A stretch of 64,000 nucleotides of DNA from Selaginella moellendorffii (GCF_000143415.4 NW_003314343.1:434813-498812); one strand, 5' to 3'. Positions 10,721 through 25,162 are shown, counted from the stretch's first letter. Notes: a model not told the origin generated them from the letters alone. Made by a program: numbers and translations.

Positions 10721-13700
10721 ATGGCCGATGCCCACCGCCACCACCACGAGGAGGAGCGCCAGGAGGAGGACGAGGGTGGCGGCGGTGGCGATGAGCAAAT
10801 CCTCCACTCGTCAAAGGGATGCTGCCGCTTCCTGCTATCGCTCCGGGCGCTGGTGGTGGTCACGCTGGTGCTCCACTTGGGCATCTCCGCGCTGGGCACC
10901 GCAATGGCTGTGGTGTCGTCCTCCTCCAGCGGCTGCCCACGATCGCTGCTAGTGGCGGCGGCGCTGGTTGCTAGCGGCGCTTGCGCGCGAGTGGCTTGGG
11001 TGGTGGGCACTGGCTTGTGCCAGGCCGCCACCGCGGTTACCATGATCGCCGAGGAGCACGTCCCAGCTTCTCGGAGGAGGACGAGCGGTGCCACCAGCGC
11101 GGCGATCAGGATTGGGAGACGGGTAAGAAACAAGCAATGTGGATTCTCATCTCTTTTTTCTTCCTTGTGCTCTTGCTCGAGCACAGATTTGGTCACCTCC
11201 TTCCAAACAGGAGGAGCTTGCTACTTGACCATCTTGGCTGTGAGGAACGCTCGTTCATCCTTTTGCTTCCCTGGTAAGAATCAAGCACTGTGTTCTTTGG
11301 ATCTTCTCCTTTGTTATCTCTCTCGTGGCACAGGCCCTGATGCGGCGGCATTGTTGCGAGACACGCTTGTCATCCTTCCCATCGCTACATGGCTGCTCGT
11401 CTTGGTACAGTGTTGCGTTGGCTCGGACGTGCTCTCTTGGAGGTCGCTCTACGAGATGCAACACGAGGCATGGCGCGCTCACTACCGCGAGATTTTCGAT
11501 CGCGGCATTCGAGAGCTGCTTTGCTGCCTTGGGCGATCGAGATACCTGTGAGTCGCTAAAGAAAAATCGCTTTTATCTTGTGTGCTCATCTAGTACTTGT
11601 GAATGAATCTCCAGGACAACCATGGATGAAGACGAGGTTGATACGGTGGCAGCACTTTTAGGCGATCTCGTTGCATACCGTGCTGCCGGTGCAAGCCATC
11701 TCGAGTTTCTCGCTGGTAAAAGATTCATGGATAGAACTTGCAAGCAAGCTTTTGTTTATCTTTCTTTGTTTCTACAGGTGTTGCTCTTCTGAGAACTCGC
11801 AAGTCCAAGCCTCCAGTTCCGAAAGATCTCCCTCCGGCTCCCGGTCCTCTGGTCACAGAAGCTGCTCTTCTCCATCCATATGCCGTGGCTGCGTACACGG
11901 TTTGCGATTGTCAAAACAATGCTCTCAGCTTCAAAGAGTTCTCTTGCTGATCTTCCCAGGGGCCATTGCTGGACATTGGACGCACACCGCTACTCTTTCC
12001 CTGTGCTTGGATGTACCGGCAAGGACTCCTCAGCTTATGGAACCGCAGAAGGTAGCTCGAGTTTTTTCTTTCATCTCCGAGAAACAGCTAACTAAGCTTT
12101 GGCTTGCAGGAGCCCGAGTGTCGACGGTGATAATTGGTGGCGAGGCCATGCGACTGCGTTCCTTCGTGCCGCTCGCCTCCCAGCCGAGGCGCTCTTGAAA
12201 GGAAGGATTCACCAGGTTCGATGTTTGTACCATCACAAGCTTCCCGCGAGCTGACTTGGTCACTCACTATTTCAGAGAAACCGAGAGACAGTCTACTTCG
12301 TGATTGAGTTGAAGGAACTCAAGTTGGTTGTTGTCGCTGTTCGTGGGACTGAAACACCGGAGGATCTTCTCACAGATGGCCTGGGACGTGAATGCATCCT
12401 TGCCGACACTGATTTTCAAGGATTGTTCATGTAAGTAGTGCTCTCGCTCTCATTTCCTACAAGTTTGATATTCTACGCAGGTCTGGTCATTTGTCTGACA
12501 CAGCAAAGCGTGAAATCTCGTCGTCAAATCCTCACTATGGCCATGCCGGTGTGGTGGCGGCGGCCAGAGAGCTTGCCTTCGAGCTGGACAGCCCTGAAGA
12601 TAATCCCGAGCTTTCAGGTTTGGAAAGAAAAAAAAAGGCTTGCTCTTTGCTCATGTTTAAGTTTGTTTTTTCATTTCTTTAGCAGGTAGCTCTCGATCAT
12701 CGAAAAAAACTGGTTTTTTGACTTCCATACTCGGTCCCGGTGGGAAGTGTGAAGGCTTTTCTTTGAGATTTACCGGACACTCGCTGGGTGGATCGATTGC
12801 TGTTATGGCAGGAATGATGGTACGTATGCTTGAGTTTTCCCTCTCTTGTTTTTCAATCTCTTTCTCTTTCTCGAGCAGCTATGGCACCGTTTTCCAAACT
12901 TACACACTTACGGATATGGCGTTCTTCCCTGTGTCGACGCTGTTATCGCAGAAGCGTGCTCACCGTTTGTAAGTTTCTTTCATCCTCTGCCCTGACCGTC
13001 CACCACCGTGTATAACGACGAGTTTGCATCGAGGATGTCCGTGGCTTCGCTAATGAGGCTCCGCGCGGCCTCGCTTCGAGCTCTAGCAGCGGACTCGGAC
13101 ACCTCCGAGTCAGCAGTGATAGCGAGAGTGGCCAGAAGGCTCTTCGGCTCATGGAGGCGAGGCAAAGCTTCCAATGGAGGGGCCGATGGCAAAACTTCCA
13201 ATGGAGGAGCCACCAACGAAGACTCCAATCCAAGTCCCGGTGGAGCAACGCAGTACAAGCGTGGCAAATGCGGTCACAAGCTCAAAGGTGGAGCCTTTCT
13301 TTGCTACCATGCTTGTCACTGTGTCATGGGCATGCCCAAGGGCGCTCATGGCAGCTCGACCGTGGTAATGGGAAGGCCGGTTGGTTCCACGGCCAATGGT
13401 AGTGTTAATGGTAACGGTGGTAAGCTAGAGGCGACCAAGGTGGTGTCCGGGGAGGTTACGGTTGAGGAGAACGGTTCTGACGGGATGGTTGCTTCCCTGG
13501 ATGCAGGATCTCGAGATAAAAACTCCAAGACCCGAGATGCCCGAGATGTCCGAGGTGACGAACTCGGCTCTAGTGGCGAGTTTCTCCGAGGTGTAGTGAG
13601 CGGTGAGCTGCTTAGCAATGGGATCCCGGGCCAAGGCGAGAATGGTCTTGTAGGATTCAAGCCGGGGTCGGACTTGCAAGAGATATGGCCGGTGGAGCTC

Positions 13701-14036
13701 GTGATGCCAGGCTTGGTCATTCATCTGGTGCGTGTTCCAGACGAGGCACCCGGCTCGTCTTCGTCTTGGTTTGCGCGGAGGAGGAAGAAACAGCACCGAG
13801 CGATCCTGAGAGACCGAGATGATTTCCGGGACCTCGTGGTGTCTCCCTCGATGTTCCTGGATCATATGCCATGGAGGTAACGTCGCCAACCTTGGTTCTT
13901 TTCTTTCGTTCTTTGTTGTTGAGATTCTGTGCTTTGCAGGTGCCAGCGCGGGTTGAACGACGTTCTCAAGCAAGTTTGCACTCGACCACTTCACGCGGAC
14001 GCGGAATCACAAGACATCGAAGTCGATGGTTTCTGA
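10721..14036 (+). CDS. Class-3 lipase family protein (DAG-lipase-like, N-terminal TM segments), multi-exon
   Basis: Contains VVVAVRGTETPEDLLTDGL, HYGHAGV, the GHSLGG nucleophile elbow (~12775) and DLVVSPSMFLDHMPWR, with short GT-AG introns. Confidence 0.88.
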
Positions 14037-14044
14037 AAAAACTT

Positions 14045-14959
14045 TCAGTTGAAAAGTGTGGAAATGACAAGCTCTTGCATGAATTTGACTCGCAAGTTTG
14101 CTTCCTTCAGTTTGTCGCACTGCTCTTCCGGGGATAAAGCTGCAACCTCCAGCCTGTGTTTGGAGAGGAAGATTAGAACCAAGACAACGAGGAGGCAATG
14201 CCATACCCTTTGTGTGAAGATTGGCTTGCGTGCGAGCTATCAGAGAGCGTGGTGAGGAAGGGATCCACTGTGTTACTGGGCGGTGGAGGGCCTAACAACG
14301 CTTGCAGATGGATCGCTCTAAGCTCCTTGGTGAGCAAAGCCAAAGTTGCGTTTGATGCTAGTGCTCCTGATCTTCGAAAACGCCGCCGTCTCTGGATGTG
14401 GATGTGTAGTCAAGGAGAATTATCTGATTTTGTTCGTGTTTCAAAACGTTTGAAAGGATATCTTGAAAAGCTGACTGTGGTCTAGCATTATGTGGCCGGC
14501 CATGTCTTTCCAAACTTTGGTTCCACAGATCGGACAGACCTGCAGCTAGATGAACTTAGCACATCGCTTGCAATAAACAAGAGAAAGAAAAGAAAAATCT
14601 AAGGAAACACAAGACAGCAGCACATATCAAACGCACAGAAACTAAAGGCACTTACTGCAACCTTAGACTCATAGCAGTGCTCGTCTTCTAAATGCGAACA
14701 AAGGACAGCAACGTCGTAATCTTCGTAGCAATAGGGACACGAGTACTCGGTACGCGACTCATCCTCGTCTGGATTATCTGGCGATGAAGAGAAAGAAATG
14801 AGAAACCATTCCAGAGACTTAGATATCCCCCGTACCTGATTGCTGGCGCTTGGGAGTTGACGAGGAAGCAGAAGAGGAGGACGAAGTGGAGGGAGCGACC
14901 GGCGCTGCAGACTTATGGTTCCGGTGACTGCTGTTACAAGCATCTCCATCGCCATCCAT
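14045..14959 (-). CDS. Di19: Dehydration-induced 19 (Di19) zinc-finger protein, multi-exon
   Basis: Reads YSCPYCYEDYDVAVLCSHLEDEH, VCPIC...GHIMLDH and IQRRRRFRR, ending RVKFMQELVISTLFN*. Confidence 0.88.
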
Positions 14960-15353
14960 GTCGCAAGTCTTTGCCTTGGCCTTGCCAGTGGTGGTAGCGT
15001 TGGTGGCACGACCAAGCACCCGCCAGCGGCCCCCCTTGGGGGCCGGCCGCGGCCCCGGTACTATAACGGCCCCAGGTGCTAAGAGGGGTCCGACAAAGCC
15101 TCCGCCACCACCACCACCTCCGCTTCCTCCTCCTCCTCCGCCCCTCCCCCGTCCCCTGGCTAGCACCTCCTCGACCGTCACTTGCGCTAACCTTGGCTGC
15201 TACTACGCTAGAACAATGCATGGAAAAAGGGTTGTAGTTCCGCCTCTTCCCTGGCCCTGCTTTGCGTTCTCTCGCTTTCCCTGTGCCTTGCGCCTGGGCT
15301 TTGGTGAAGGAAGACGACGCACCACCCGGCCACCGTGGACGCCACGTGGCCGC

Positions 15354-16631
15354 CTAGTCGGGCCAGTTGAAAGAGCTGCGTAGTAACTCCTTGGGCACAC
15401 GTCCGAATCCCTGGCTGATGCGTAGCATCGCCTCAAACTCGTCGCGGTCCTTCTTCAGGCCGGAAAGTTGCTGGAGCGCCCTCTCCATGAAGGCGTCGTA
15501 GCTCTCCAGCGATTGCTTGGACGAGTTGGACGGTGGCGGCAGCAGCGACTTGTCGGATTCCAGTTGCTGGTACTGCTTCAGGATGCGGTCCATCTGTTTC
15601 GTCAGCTTCTCCCTGGCGGTCGCGTACTCTTGCTCTTGAGCGCGCTTGAGGCCTTCCAGCGCGCGATCAATTTCTAACTGGTACTGCGGGATCAAGGAGT
15701 TCGCCGGGGGGACGACCTCGCCAGGCTGAGGAGTGAGGACGAGAGCTTTGGAGAGTGCACAAACGGCACCATCTTCGTCCAAGGGTGGAGGAGCCGGAGG
15801 AGCCGAGGAAGTATCAACCTCCATAGCTTCTTCTGCCGGAACAGCCAAATCCATCTTGTCTGCACGCTCGGGCTCTGGATCTCGCTCCGAGTTGCTAGCC
15901 TCGCCTGGAGCTCCAGAATCTACAAGGGGGAAAACCAAGCGGGTTGAGTTACATCCTCGTCGAGAAGGACGAGTCGATTCCTCTTACCGACGTGATTCGA
16001 GTTTCCATTGCATGGATCGTTACACATCCGCGTCAAAACGGCTTGTATGTCGTCACCATTCTCGGCCTAGAGGTAGAAACACACCCATCTCATCAAACGA
16101 GGAAGAGAAACTTAGCTATGGTGGTACCTTGACGAGAATGGTGCTGACGAGCGTCTCGAGCCTCTTGAGCCCGGCACGACGAGTGTTGGTGACAAGCCTG
16201 GACGCGAGCCTGGCATTCCCCTCGGCCAGCTGCTTGCTGGGAGCCGCCGCCACCGCCTGGACGAGAAGAGAGACGCGGGACAGCAAATCCGTGGTCCTGT
16301 CACACCTCCGGCACAGATACTCCACATCCAGCCCGCTCTCCACCACCACTCCCGCCAATCGGCACTGGATCGCGCACTCGAGATGCACGGAGTGGCCGCA
16401 GTAGCCGCCGCTGGCGCTCACCCTCTGGAGGCACTGGATCCACTCGTCCTGCCCCTCCGCGATGGCGCGGCTGCACAGGATGCACTTGCATTGGGGGCAA
16501 AATCCCGGCTCCGCGCAGCAAACGTCGCAGCGGAGGAGCGGCATAGCACCGAGGAGCAGAACGCTGCTGCCATTGCTCAGCGCACACTCGGGATTCTCGG
16601 CCTTGCACTGGAGCCGCCGCCCTCCCGCCAT
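15354..16631 (-). CDS. OBERON-like PHD-finger protein with C-terminal coiled coil (about 3 exons)
   Basis: CDVCCAEPGFCPQCKCILC...CGHSVHLECA...LDVEYLCRRCD pattern; coiled-coil last exon at 15354-15919. Confidence 0.82.
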
Positions 16632-16739
16632 AGCGCAGCCCTTTTGCCCTAAAAGGGTATTATCCTTCCGGGGTTTTGGCAATTAAGCTATTTTCTATAC
16701 TTAGATTGCTTTTTAAAATACTTTTAGGGCTTTTTGGTT

Positions 16740-18493
16740 ATGGAAGAAGCCACATTTCGCTCGTTCGTGGCGCTGTGGCTCAAGGGCATTCTCGACGAAG
16801 CGGCTGGAGATGGAGATGGAGATGGAGATGGATCGCTTCTTCCTCCTTCATTCGCTCAGGCGCTACTTGCCGCTGATCCTTGCGTCGACCAGGAGCCAGA
16901 TTGCTTGGCGGATGAGCTCGAGCTTGTTCGCTCTTGCTGCCAAGGTTTGCCTTCGTTCTTTCTATCTCTAGCTGGGAAAAATCGAAATTTGTGCTTCAGT
17001 TGATCTTGACAAGGCTTGTATCGAAGGAGTTCCTGCGTATCCACTCTACACGCAGCTGGCTGCGAACTTGTGTCGCTCCCTCGAGGATTCCAAGACCCCG
17101 GTCTTGGATAATGCGTCTGAGCTTGAAGAGGGCGAGGATCAACGAGACAGGAAACGCGAGGTTCACGCTCGGGTGAAGCAACACCTTGCTCCTCTGGCGG
17201 AGGTCTGTGCTTTTCCTCGTAACTCAGCTAAGCTGATTGCTGCTTGTTCATTCAAGGCCTTTCACGGCGTAAGGTTTCGACTACACGTCCAAGACAGGTT
17301 CCTGTCTCAACTGCGAGGTGCGATGTGTTTTTTAAGTGTATCGCATTCTCATGCCTTGTTTTCTTTCATTGTTTTGACCACTCTAGATGGATCGAAGATA
17401 GTAGAAGGGAGGTGCGCAACTGGTTTCTATTCAAGGTGTGGCAGTAACATACTCTTGAGTACACAGTTTTCTCTTCTTTTGCCTTTTTTCTGTGTAGAAT
17501 CCGCCCTGGAGATTATCTCCTCTTTAACGGGGTTCTGGTTATGGAAACGAAGGTCAGTAAATGCCGATGATAGTGTTCATATGTCTATATCCCCTTCTGC
17601 AGGACGTTCGGGCATACGAAAGCTTTCAGAACATGCTGGAAACGGAAGGGCTTGAGAACGTCCTTCCTGGTATTGAAAGCGTGGAAGAAGGTAGCTCATG
17701 AAACCGGTCGATTGCTTGTCAAGATTTTCTTGATGTAGGCATTGGCATCTACCGTGGTTTCTACTCCAGGGAAACTGAAGCTCTCGGTGTTTTGGCACTT
17801 CATGTCTCCCAACCTATCCAGCCTCGCAACGCTGTCACTGCGCTGCTGCAAGTGCGTAAGAGTTGCTTGAGTTTGTCTCGGTCGAATAACAAACTCTTTC
17901 TCTCAGAGCCTCAAAGTCGAAGGCGTAGCGTCACTTCTTGGACTAAGAGCAACAAAAGGAACACTTGTGTCTGCCCTTCCACCGCCGAGATCTCGTCTTC
18001 TCGCATCTTTTCTTGCGAGAAATTCAGAAAGTGTAAAAGTATAATTGTATTTGCCTTGGCTAACAGTTCGCTTCGTGCCAGGTACCCTCCAGTAAGCTCA
18101 CTGTAGGAGGCCGTGCGTTGGCCAAACATGTGAATCGAAGTTCTGCTGGCTGGTGGGGTGCTTGCAGTGGAACAGGTCTGCTCTATTCTTTGCTTGTTTT
18201 CAGTACGGAAATACCTTCTTTCTCTTTTGTGCTTAGAAACTGCAAAGAACAAGATAGCGTTGAAAGCGGTGTGTCGAATTATTGATCAAGCTTCCTGGAT
18301 GAACATACACCATCTTCCTCAGTCAACACATATATTTGAGATCCGTGTACAAGATGGATATGGTGCAAGGTGGTCATCTGATGGAAAGCAGGTATACGAT
18401 CTACACACAGCATTTTTCTTATTCGCACGGTAGTTCAGAGGTTTCGTGGAGCCACCCATGAAGGACGGCCATTCCTCCAAATGGAGGCATTGA
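16740..18493 (+). CDS. ASCH-domain (PUA-like RNA-binding) protein, multi-exon
   Basis: Reads LHVQDRFLSQLR/DGSKIVEGRCA, YESFQNMLETEGLENVLPG, IYRGFYSRETEALGVLALHV and GYGARWSSDG, ending FRGFVEP...KWRH*. Confidence 0.82.
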
Positions 18494-19099
18494 ATGGTAG
18501 CTGTGTTGGAAACATCAGATCCGTATTGGTTTTACTTTGAGAGGTGCCAATGGATTTCTCGGTACAAAATTTGGTAATCTTGCCATTCCGAAGTTGATAT
18601 TCTTGTGGGACTGGATTTACTGCAAGAGAACGATACGTCGATCTCTTCTTCCTGAAAGGTACTTAAGTTTCTCGGTTGTTTCTGTGCTTTTCTCTCACAA
18701 AGTCTTGTGTTTCACAGATGAAAGCTTGAAAAGTAGTGGTGTCCCATTCAATCTGCTACACAGCCTGGCTGGTTCAAGTACGTAGACGATGGTTTTACTT
18801 TGCTTCACTTCCAGATATCAGAGTTCTAACAGGATCGACAGCTGGGTTGAAGCCCGTATGGCATGGATCCTTGTCCAGGACGTGGAACAATACGGTACGT
18901 TGGCATGCATTTTGTAACCTAAAGCTTTCACTAGTGTTAGCAGCTAGAAATAGTACTTGGCCTTTGGTGTGGGACTGATGCATATGTGAGACCTTCTCCT
19001 TCTCCTTAATGTCTAGACAGCTTAGTTTCTCCCACGAGACACACGCATTTGATTCCATGAGGTAAGTCATCGCCTCCCAAGGGATTATAGTTCTCAAAC

Positions 19100-22000
19100 C
19101 CAAAAGCAAAAAATCATGTCTAGTTCTTTTCTAGTAGTGGGCTTCACTTCATCTATTTATTAAATATATTATTTTCATTTTATTATTTTTTAAGTAAGTA
19201 GTTACTAACAAAATCTTTTAAATAGTACTTGGTTGATTTCATCAAATATAAAGTTTTTTTTTTTAAAAAAGAAATTCATATATAGTGAAGTTTTAGAATA
19301 ATTTGTCATTCTCACATAAATATAGAAATTTTTTAAGTTTATTTTATTTAATCATTTTTATTTTCTAAAACTAGTAAATATCCAATTTTATAAGCTTGCA
19401 ATTGTTTTATATATAGAATTATGTTATATAATAGAAATAATTAATTTTATAATAAAATAAATTTATATTGATTGACTAATAACTTTGTTAATTGAATATA
19501 ATTATATATAATTATCTTTCAGTATTATAAATCATAAGCTTAATATTATTAAAACTATTATAAATATAAAAATGTTTGCTATCAAATACTGAATTTTACC
19601 AGAAAATAGTTTTTTCCTTATATTGAAAAATAGTCATAATAAAATTGTAGCAATAGTTTTGGAATAACTGCTGGTCATAAAAGTTTGATGAAATAAATAT
19701 CAAAATAAATATATTTTTGAATTTTTCATTTAATTATTTATTTAAGCTCTTTATTAAATAATAAATAAATAACTTATTTATGTGTAATAAAGGATAATTG
19801 TTTTTTGTTTATGTCATAATAAGAATATATAACCGCATGAGAGATATGATCTAGAAATTGCTCGTAACACATCCCTCCCTCCCGCAAAATGTAAAGATTA
19901 AAAAAAGTAATTCAATATGCCAAAAAATGCGTAAGGAAGAAGAAAAATGAATCTAGAAGTAATACTTTATTATAAATTTTAATATATAAATTATTTTATA
20001 TACATTTTACTAGTTTTTATTTTTATCTATTAAGAAAAAACTTTATAAAACTAAATTATTAACCTATTATATATCTACTTTTAACCAATAATTGTTTTCC
20101 TAGATTATTAATTCTTATATTATACTATATAATACCAATTTATAAAATATTATTTTTTATTTTATTTTCTATCAAGAAGGTTGAGTATTATGAGTCTTTT
20201 GCATATTTTGCCTGGCTCAAATATTTTTTAACACAATATATTGTTTAATTATTATTATTTTCAAATATTTTATAGTGTAAGATTTGTGTGCGTATGTGTG
20301 TGTGTGTGTGTCTATATATATATATATATAACCCTAGTTAAATAATATACTAATTATGGTACTATAGCATATGTAGCACACCTTATGTCTCTTTGCTTAA
20401 GCCAACTGGAAAAGGGGCAATTACTTGATAAAAGAGCCCTTAATAGTAACTTTTCTTTTCCCAAGACCACCAAGATGGAACTTTGATAAAACTCTGCATT
20501 GTTACCATAGCCATAACTTGCCTAGTCTAAGAAAAGAGAGGTTTCATATTCTCTTCTCCCTTATACATTCTTCTGGATGTTTTATCCCTATTTATCCTCC
20601 AAGGTTCCAAGGATTTATGGTGACAGTATATTTAAATCTCATCCCACAATCACATGCGTTACAGCATATAAATTATCTATTTGGGACTAAATTTAATTCA
20701 TCCATTCTTAAATAAAAGGTAGTGCAATTTGTTCTGAAAGGGCAAAGCCTTTTAACAATGTTTTATTCTAGTATTTGAGATTGTGTTTTTTATTCTTATT
20801 TCTTCATTCTCTTTTAGATTTAGATCTATATTAGCTTTTTGCAAAATCTAGAATTCTAACTATTGTTATATTTAGCTTTACTTTTCTTTTAATCTTCATT
20901 GCATTTTCTTCTTCTACCATGCCACGTTTTCATGAATGAAAGGATATATCACTTGAGGCTAATGACATTATTCTGTTAGATTGACTTTTTTGTGTTGTTA
21001 TGATTATATATTGGTGTTACACCCATCTTTTGTATGTTGTTGTTTCCAACTTTCGTGGGATATGATTATATAGGTTGTCTTATTCTTGGTGCCCATTGAT
21101 ATGGAACATGATGTGATATCGATTAGCAAGCTATAGATAATGCAATCTAGTTGTTAGAGAATGTTTAAGGATTTAGTTTATAGGAAGATAATGTATACAA
21201 ACTCATTCCAAATTATGATGATGAGCTTGATTATTTTAGAGATGAGTTGGTGTTGCGAATGTGTTGCAAAGGGGGAGGTGAGGGGGCTGGGGGGTTTCCA
21301 AATGTATAATAGTGTATAGTAGGGATAGTGGGTAGATCAAGCATAGCTGACCAATAACATAAAGATATAGGTACTCCACTAGCTAACATAGTGTGGAACT
21401 TAGGTTTAGACCATGAGCAGATGAATCAAATTTTTATGGAGAAAGGTTGAGTCTTTGTTAACCTTGATGTCATTTTGGACCATACTCACGCAAAACAAAG
21501 TCAGATATGCAAATGAGAGTTAGATTTTAGGGGCTATAGATATGTTAAAATAGCACTAAACTCTATTTAACTTTATTTTATGTGTTAGTATTAGCATTGG
21601 GATGTTAGATGCTTTAAGACTTTTCTAAATTGTTCCGTTCTTTTATCTTTACACTCTTTAAGTTGTACACTCAAAAGTCACTCTATGCTTTAGTTCCTTT
21701 GTTCCTTGGCTTCGGCTCCATTCCTTTATTCAATGGTCTAAGGCTTTGAAACTCAAGTTCCACTCCACTATCCTTGGACACATTGTATATAGCATGTAAC
21801 ATATAACATGTGCCACATAAAGGGTTTAAATTCCTCTTCATGGTTATTTTATGGTAAATCACCATAGAATAAAGGGTGAAAACCACTTGTGCTACTATTG
21901 GAGATTAAATGTTAATGTTTCAATTTGCCATCTGAATATTTCTTTTTACCTTCTACTCTTTCCCAACATTTTTTTATTTCTCAACTTAAACCATCTTCTC

Positions 22001-23890
22001 ATGCTTCTAGTGTTTCTTCATCTATAGTGTTTTCTTCTTTTGACACGTCAATCATTTATAACTTATAATTCTCATTCTTAATCCAATATTGAGTTGAATT
22101 CTTCCTGACCTCCTCATACTAATCTAGATGTTAAGTATATGTATGAAGTTTGATTATTTCAATTTTGCTTCATTGGTAGAGCCTTTAATTAGTTCTAATG
22201 TTGAGCATTCCCACATTCCAAATGTTGAGTCATTTTGGCCAGAATTTCAAATTGAGTGTGTATCTTTACTTGTTAATGCTATTAAAAGCCTTTGTTTTAC
22301 CATTTCTACTGAGAAATTTATGTATTTTCTTAAGAGTGTGAACATTTTTATTGATTTTCCTTTCTCAAGTGTTAAATTATATGTTAAGGAGGTTGAACAG
22401 TATGAATCTTTTACTTATATTATGGTGGTTAAAGTATTTTATGACAGGAAGTTCCCAACTTTGAGTATATATCCTTTTTTTTTATTTCCCCATTTCTGCA
22501 TTGACAACTATTGAAAATTCCTCTTTCAAAGTTCTTTATCCATTTTTTCTTCTTTTATAATGATTTTTCCTCAATTTTTCTCACTTTCTCTTCTTTGCCC
22601 TAATACTTAAACTTTTTTTTCTTTAGAGGAACAAATGGGAGTTTGACCTTAACAATGGAATGAGGATAAGTAGATACAATAATGTAGTGAGAATGAATGG
22701 CATGAACTATAGAGTGAGGACAAATATAATGAGTTTAAATAGAATATCCAACCCCAATGTAATGAAATTGAACGAATGGGATAGTGAAATGAGGTTAAAC
22801 ACATATGGCAATGTAAGAATAAATAGAGCTAATGTTTCAAAACTTTTTTTTCATTTAAGGGGGGGATAAAGAGGTTATGAAAGACAAATAGAATGAGTCT
22901 AACCTCCTATATCTGGTGCTAGATAAAGACAAAGGTGGTGAGTCTGAGTTAACACGGGTTTGGATGTTGACGATATTGACTAGTCTTACTTATGGTTATA
23001 AATTTGACTTAATGGTTATCTCAAAGGATTTTTGGCAAGTAGATTTAAAAGTAGGATGTATTATTTGTTGCAATGGTATTTCATAGACTACAATAGTTTT
23101 TGAAGTCTTTTGTTTTGGTTTAAAGTTATAGCTTTGACATTGGTTTAAGCATTGGTAGTTGTGTATAGAGTTACAACTAGTTTATTAAAATTCTATATTC
23201 AATTAATATTAAACTTTGGTTTTGGATTTTGTTTCAATCATGGTTGTCAACAACTTTGTTAATGGTTTTATAGGAGTTTTAAATTTTTGTGGTAGTTTAT
23301 AATCGCTTAATAGAAACTCCAAATGTTTCACCTGATTTATTATCATCACCTTTTCATCTTCCAGAGGGAGATGGTGTAAGATTTGTAAATATGTATTACT
23401 CTAATTAGGTAATACACTAATTATAGTACTATAGTATATAGATTATTCATTTGGGATTGAATCTAATCCATTCATTCTTGTATATAAACCTAAATCTCAA
23501 TTAATATATCTATTCCTATATATCTGTATTTCAAAATATTAAAATATAAATATATTATCAAATTTTAAAAACTTTTTTGTCAATTAAAATTATAAATCTA
23601 AATTATTATATAAATAATAATATAAATTTTATTTTAATTTTATAGTAGAACTTCTATTAACTAAAATTTAAAATCAAACTTTATTTTTCTTAAGTAAAGG
23701 GTGGTAGTGCATATACTTAAAATATGCTTGGATATTTGAAAATATTCTACTGTCTAATAGCTGTTAATTTATATACATGTTTAAAATTTATAACCTTTCC
23801 TAAACATTTTCTAGTTTATTCTAATTTATTCTATGATAGATGTAAATTATAAACATAATTGGATTAATAAATAATACTACACACATTTTC
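19100..23890. mobile_element. Very AT-rich block, probably decayed transposon sequence, containing a possible relic LTR element (~20276-23410)
   Basis: Abrupt AT shift. A direct repeat tgtaagatttg...actaattat(g/a)gtactatag occurs at 20276 and 23375, the second preceded by the purine tract agagggagatgg. Confidence 0.45.
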
Positions 23891-23959
23891 CTTGAAGAGT
23901 CAGTTTTTTCACCTTCATGTGTTGGCCCTTAATCAACCACGAATGGTCTTAAGCTCTTT

Positions 23960-24690
23960 TTGTCTTGTTCTTTCTATGTCTAGCTGGAAAAAGAAATTTC
24001 TGTTGATCTTGACAAGGCTTGTTCCTGCTTGTGCAAACATGTGTCAGCCCTGGAGGGCCTGGATAATGCTTCGAAAGGATTAGCGAGAGAGAAACCCAAG
24101 TCGGGTGAAGCAACACGTTTTACCTCTAGCAGAGGGGAAGCAGCTCTATTATTTGTCTGGCCAAGGTGATTGCAAATTTTCGATGTTTGTGCATTTTTTT
24201 TCGAAAGCAGGTACACTATCTATGTAACATACTTGCGTTGTCACATTATGGTTTCGCATGGTAGTTCAAAGGTTTCGTGAGCATGGAGGCATTGCATGTT
24301 TTCTTGTGGTAGCTGCGTTGGAAACATCAGCTCCGTATTCACTCTTCTTTGAGAGACGTCTGCCATACAATTTCTCGGCAAAGGTCTTGAAGCGTGGTCT
24401 GATTCCCTTGGAGACATAGTTAGCTGGTTTGTCCTGATACTGGATGGATTTGCAACAAGAGCAATGGGATCCCTTCTTCTTCTTCTTTTCCTTCTCCTTC
24501 AGCTTCTTCCTGAGAGGTATTGCATTTAAAGTTCCTTGTATTCTACCATTCTTTTTCTCTCACCAAAGTCTTGTTGTTCACAGACTGAAAGTTTGAAAAC
24601 TCTCAGCAATAAATCCCGGTGTCCCTTTCGATCTGCTACGCGTGGCACGCTGCCTGGCTGGTTCAAGCGAGCAGACGGGCTTCTCTGGCA
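23960..24690 (+). pseudogene. Degenerate partial duplicate of the ASCH gene and its 3' flank
   Basis: Matches about 16965-17200 (gttgatcttgacaaggcttg) and 18430-18780 (ggtttcgtggagc...ggaggcattg). Confidence 0.7.
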
Positions 24691-25162
24691 TGTCTTTAAA
24701 TTTCATAAAACACAGAAAAGCTCTGGAGGAGGGACGAGACTCTTTTTGTCGTCAGCAATAGAAGTATGTGACCTAATGGTTTTACCATCATGTTTTACAT
24801 GCTCTCCACACAAGCATCCAACAAAGCGGATCATACGTCGATATCGAGATCAAAGCGATCCCTGATCACGCCACAAGATTTGGAAGGAATGACGGTGTCA
24901 ACGACATTATAGCTTTTCCAGGAAATACCAGTCATCCCACTGCAGCCATTAAAATCTCTTGCAGGAAGTTCATGACTTGCCATGCCTACGCCTGATTTTG
25001 CTGATTCTCGTTTGCAGGAAAGACTGGAAGAGAGAGCTCAAGCCGTACGGAATGGTTGGTTGATTAAGTTATTGTCTTGTTCCAGGACACTGAGTCGAGC
25101 ACCACCTCTGTCTTCTTACATGCAGGAAGCCTCTGCCGCAATGTACTGGTACATCGTCTGAA

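Noticed and set aside
14958-15383. Pro-rich 141-aa ORF
   Set aside because: It lies in the GC-rich 5' region of Di19 on the opposite strand and has no supporting features.
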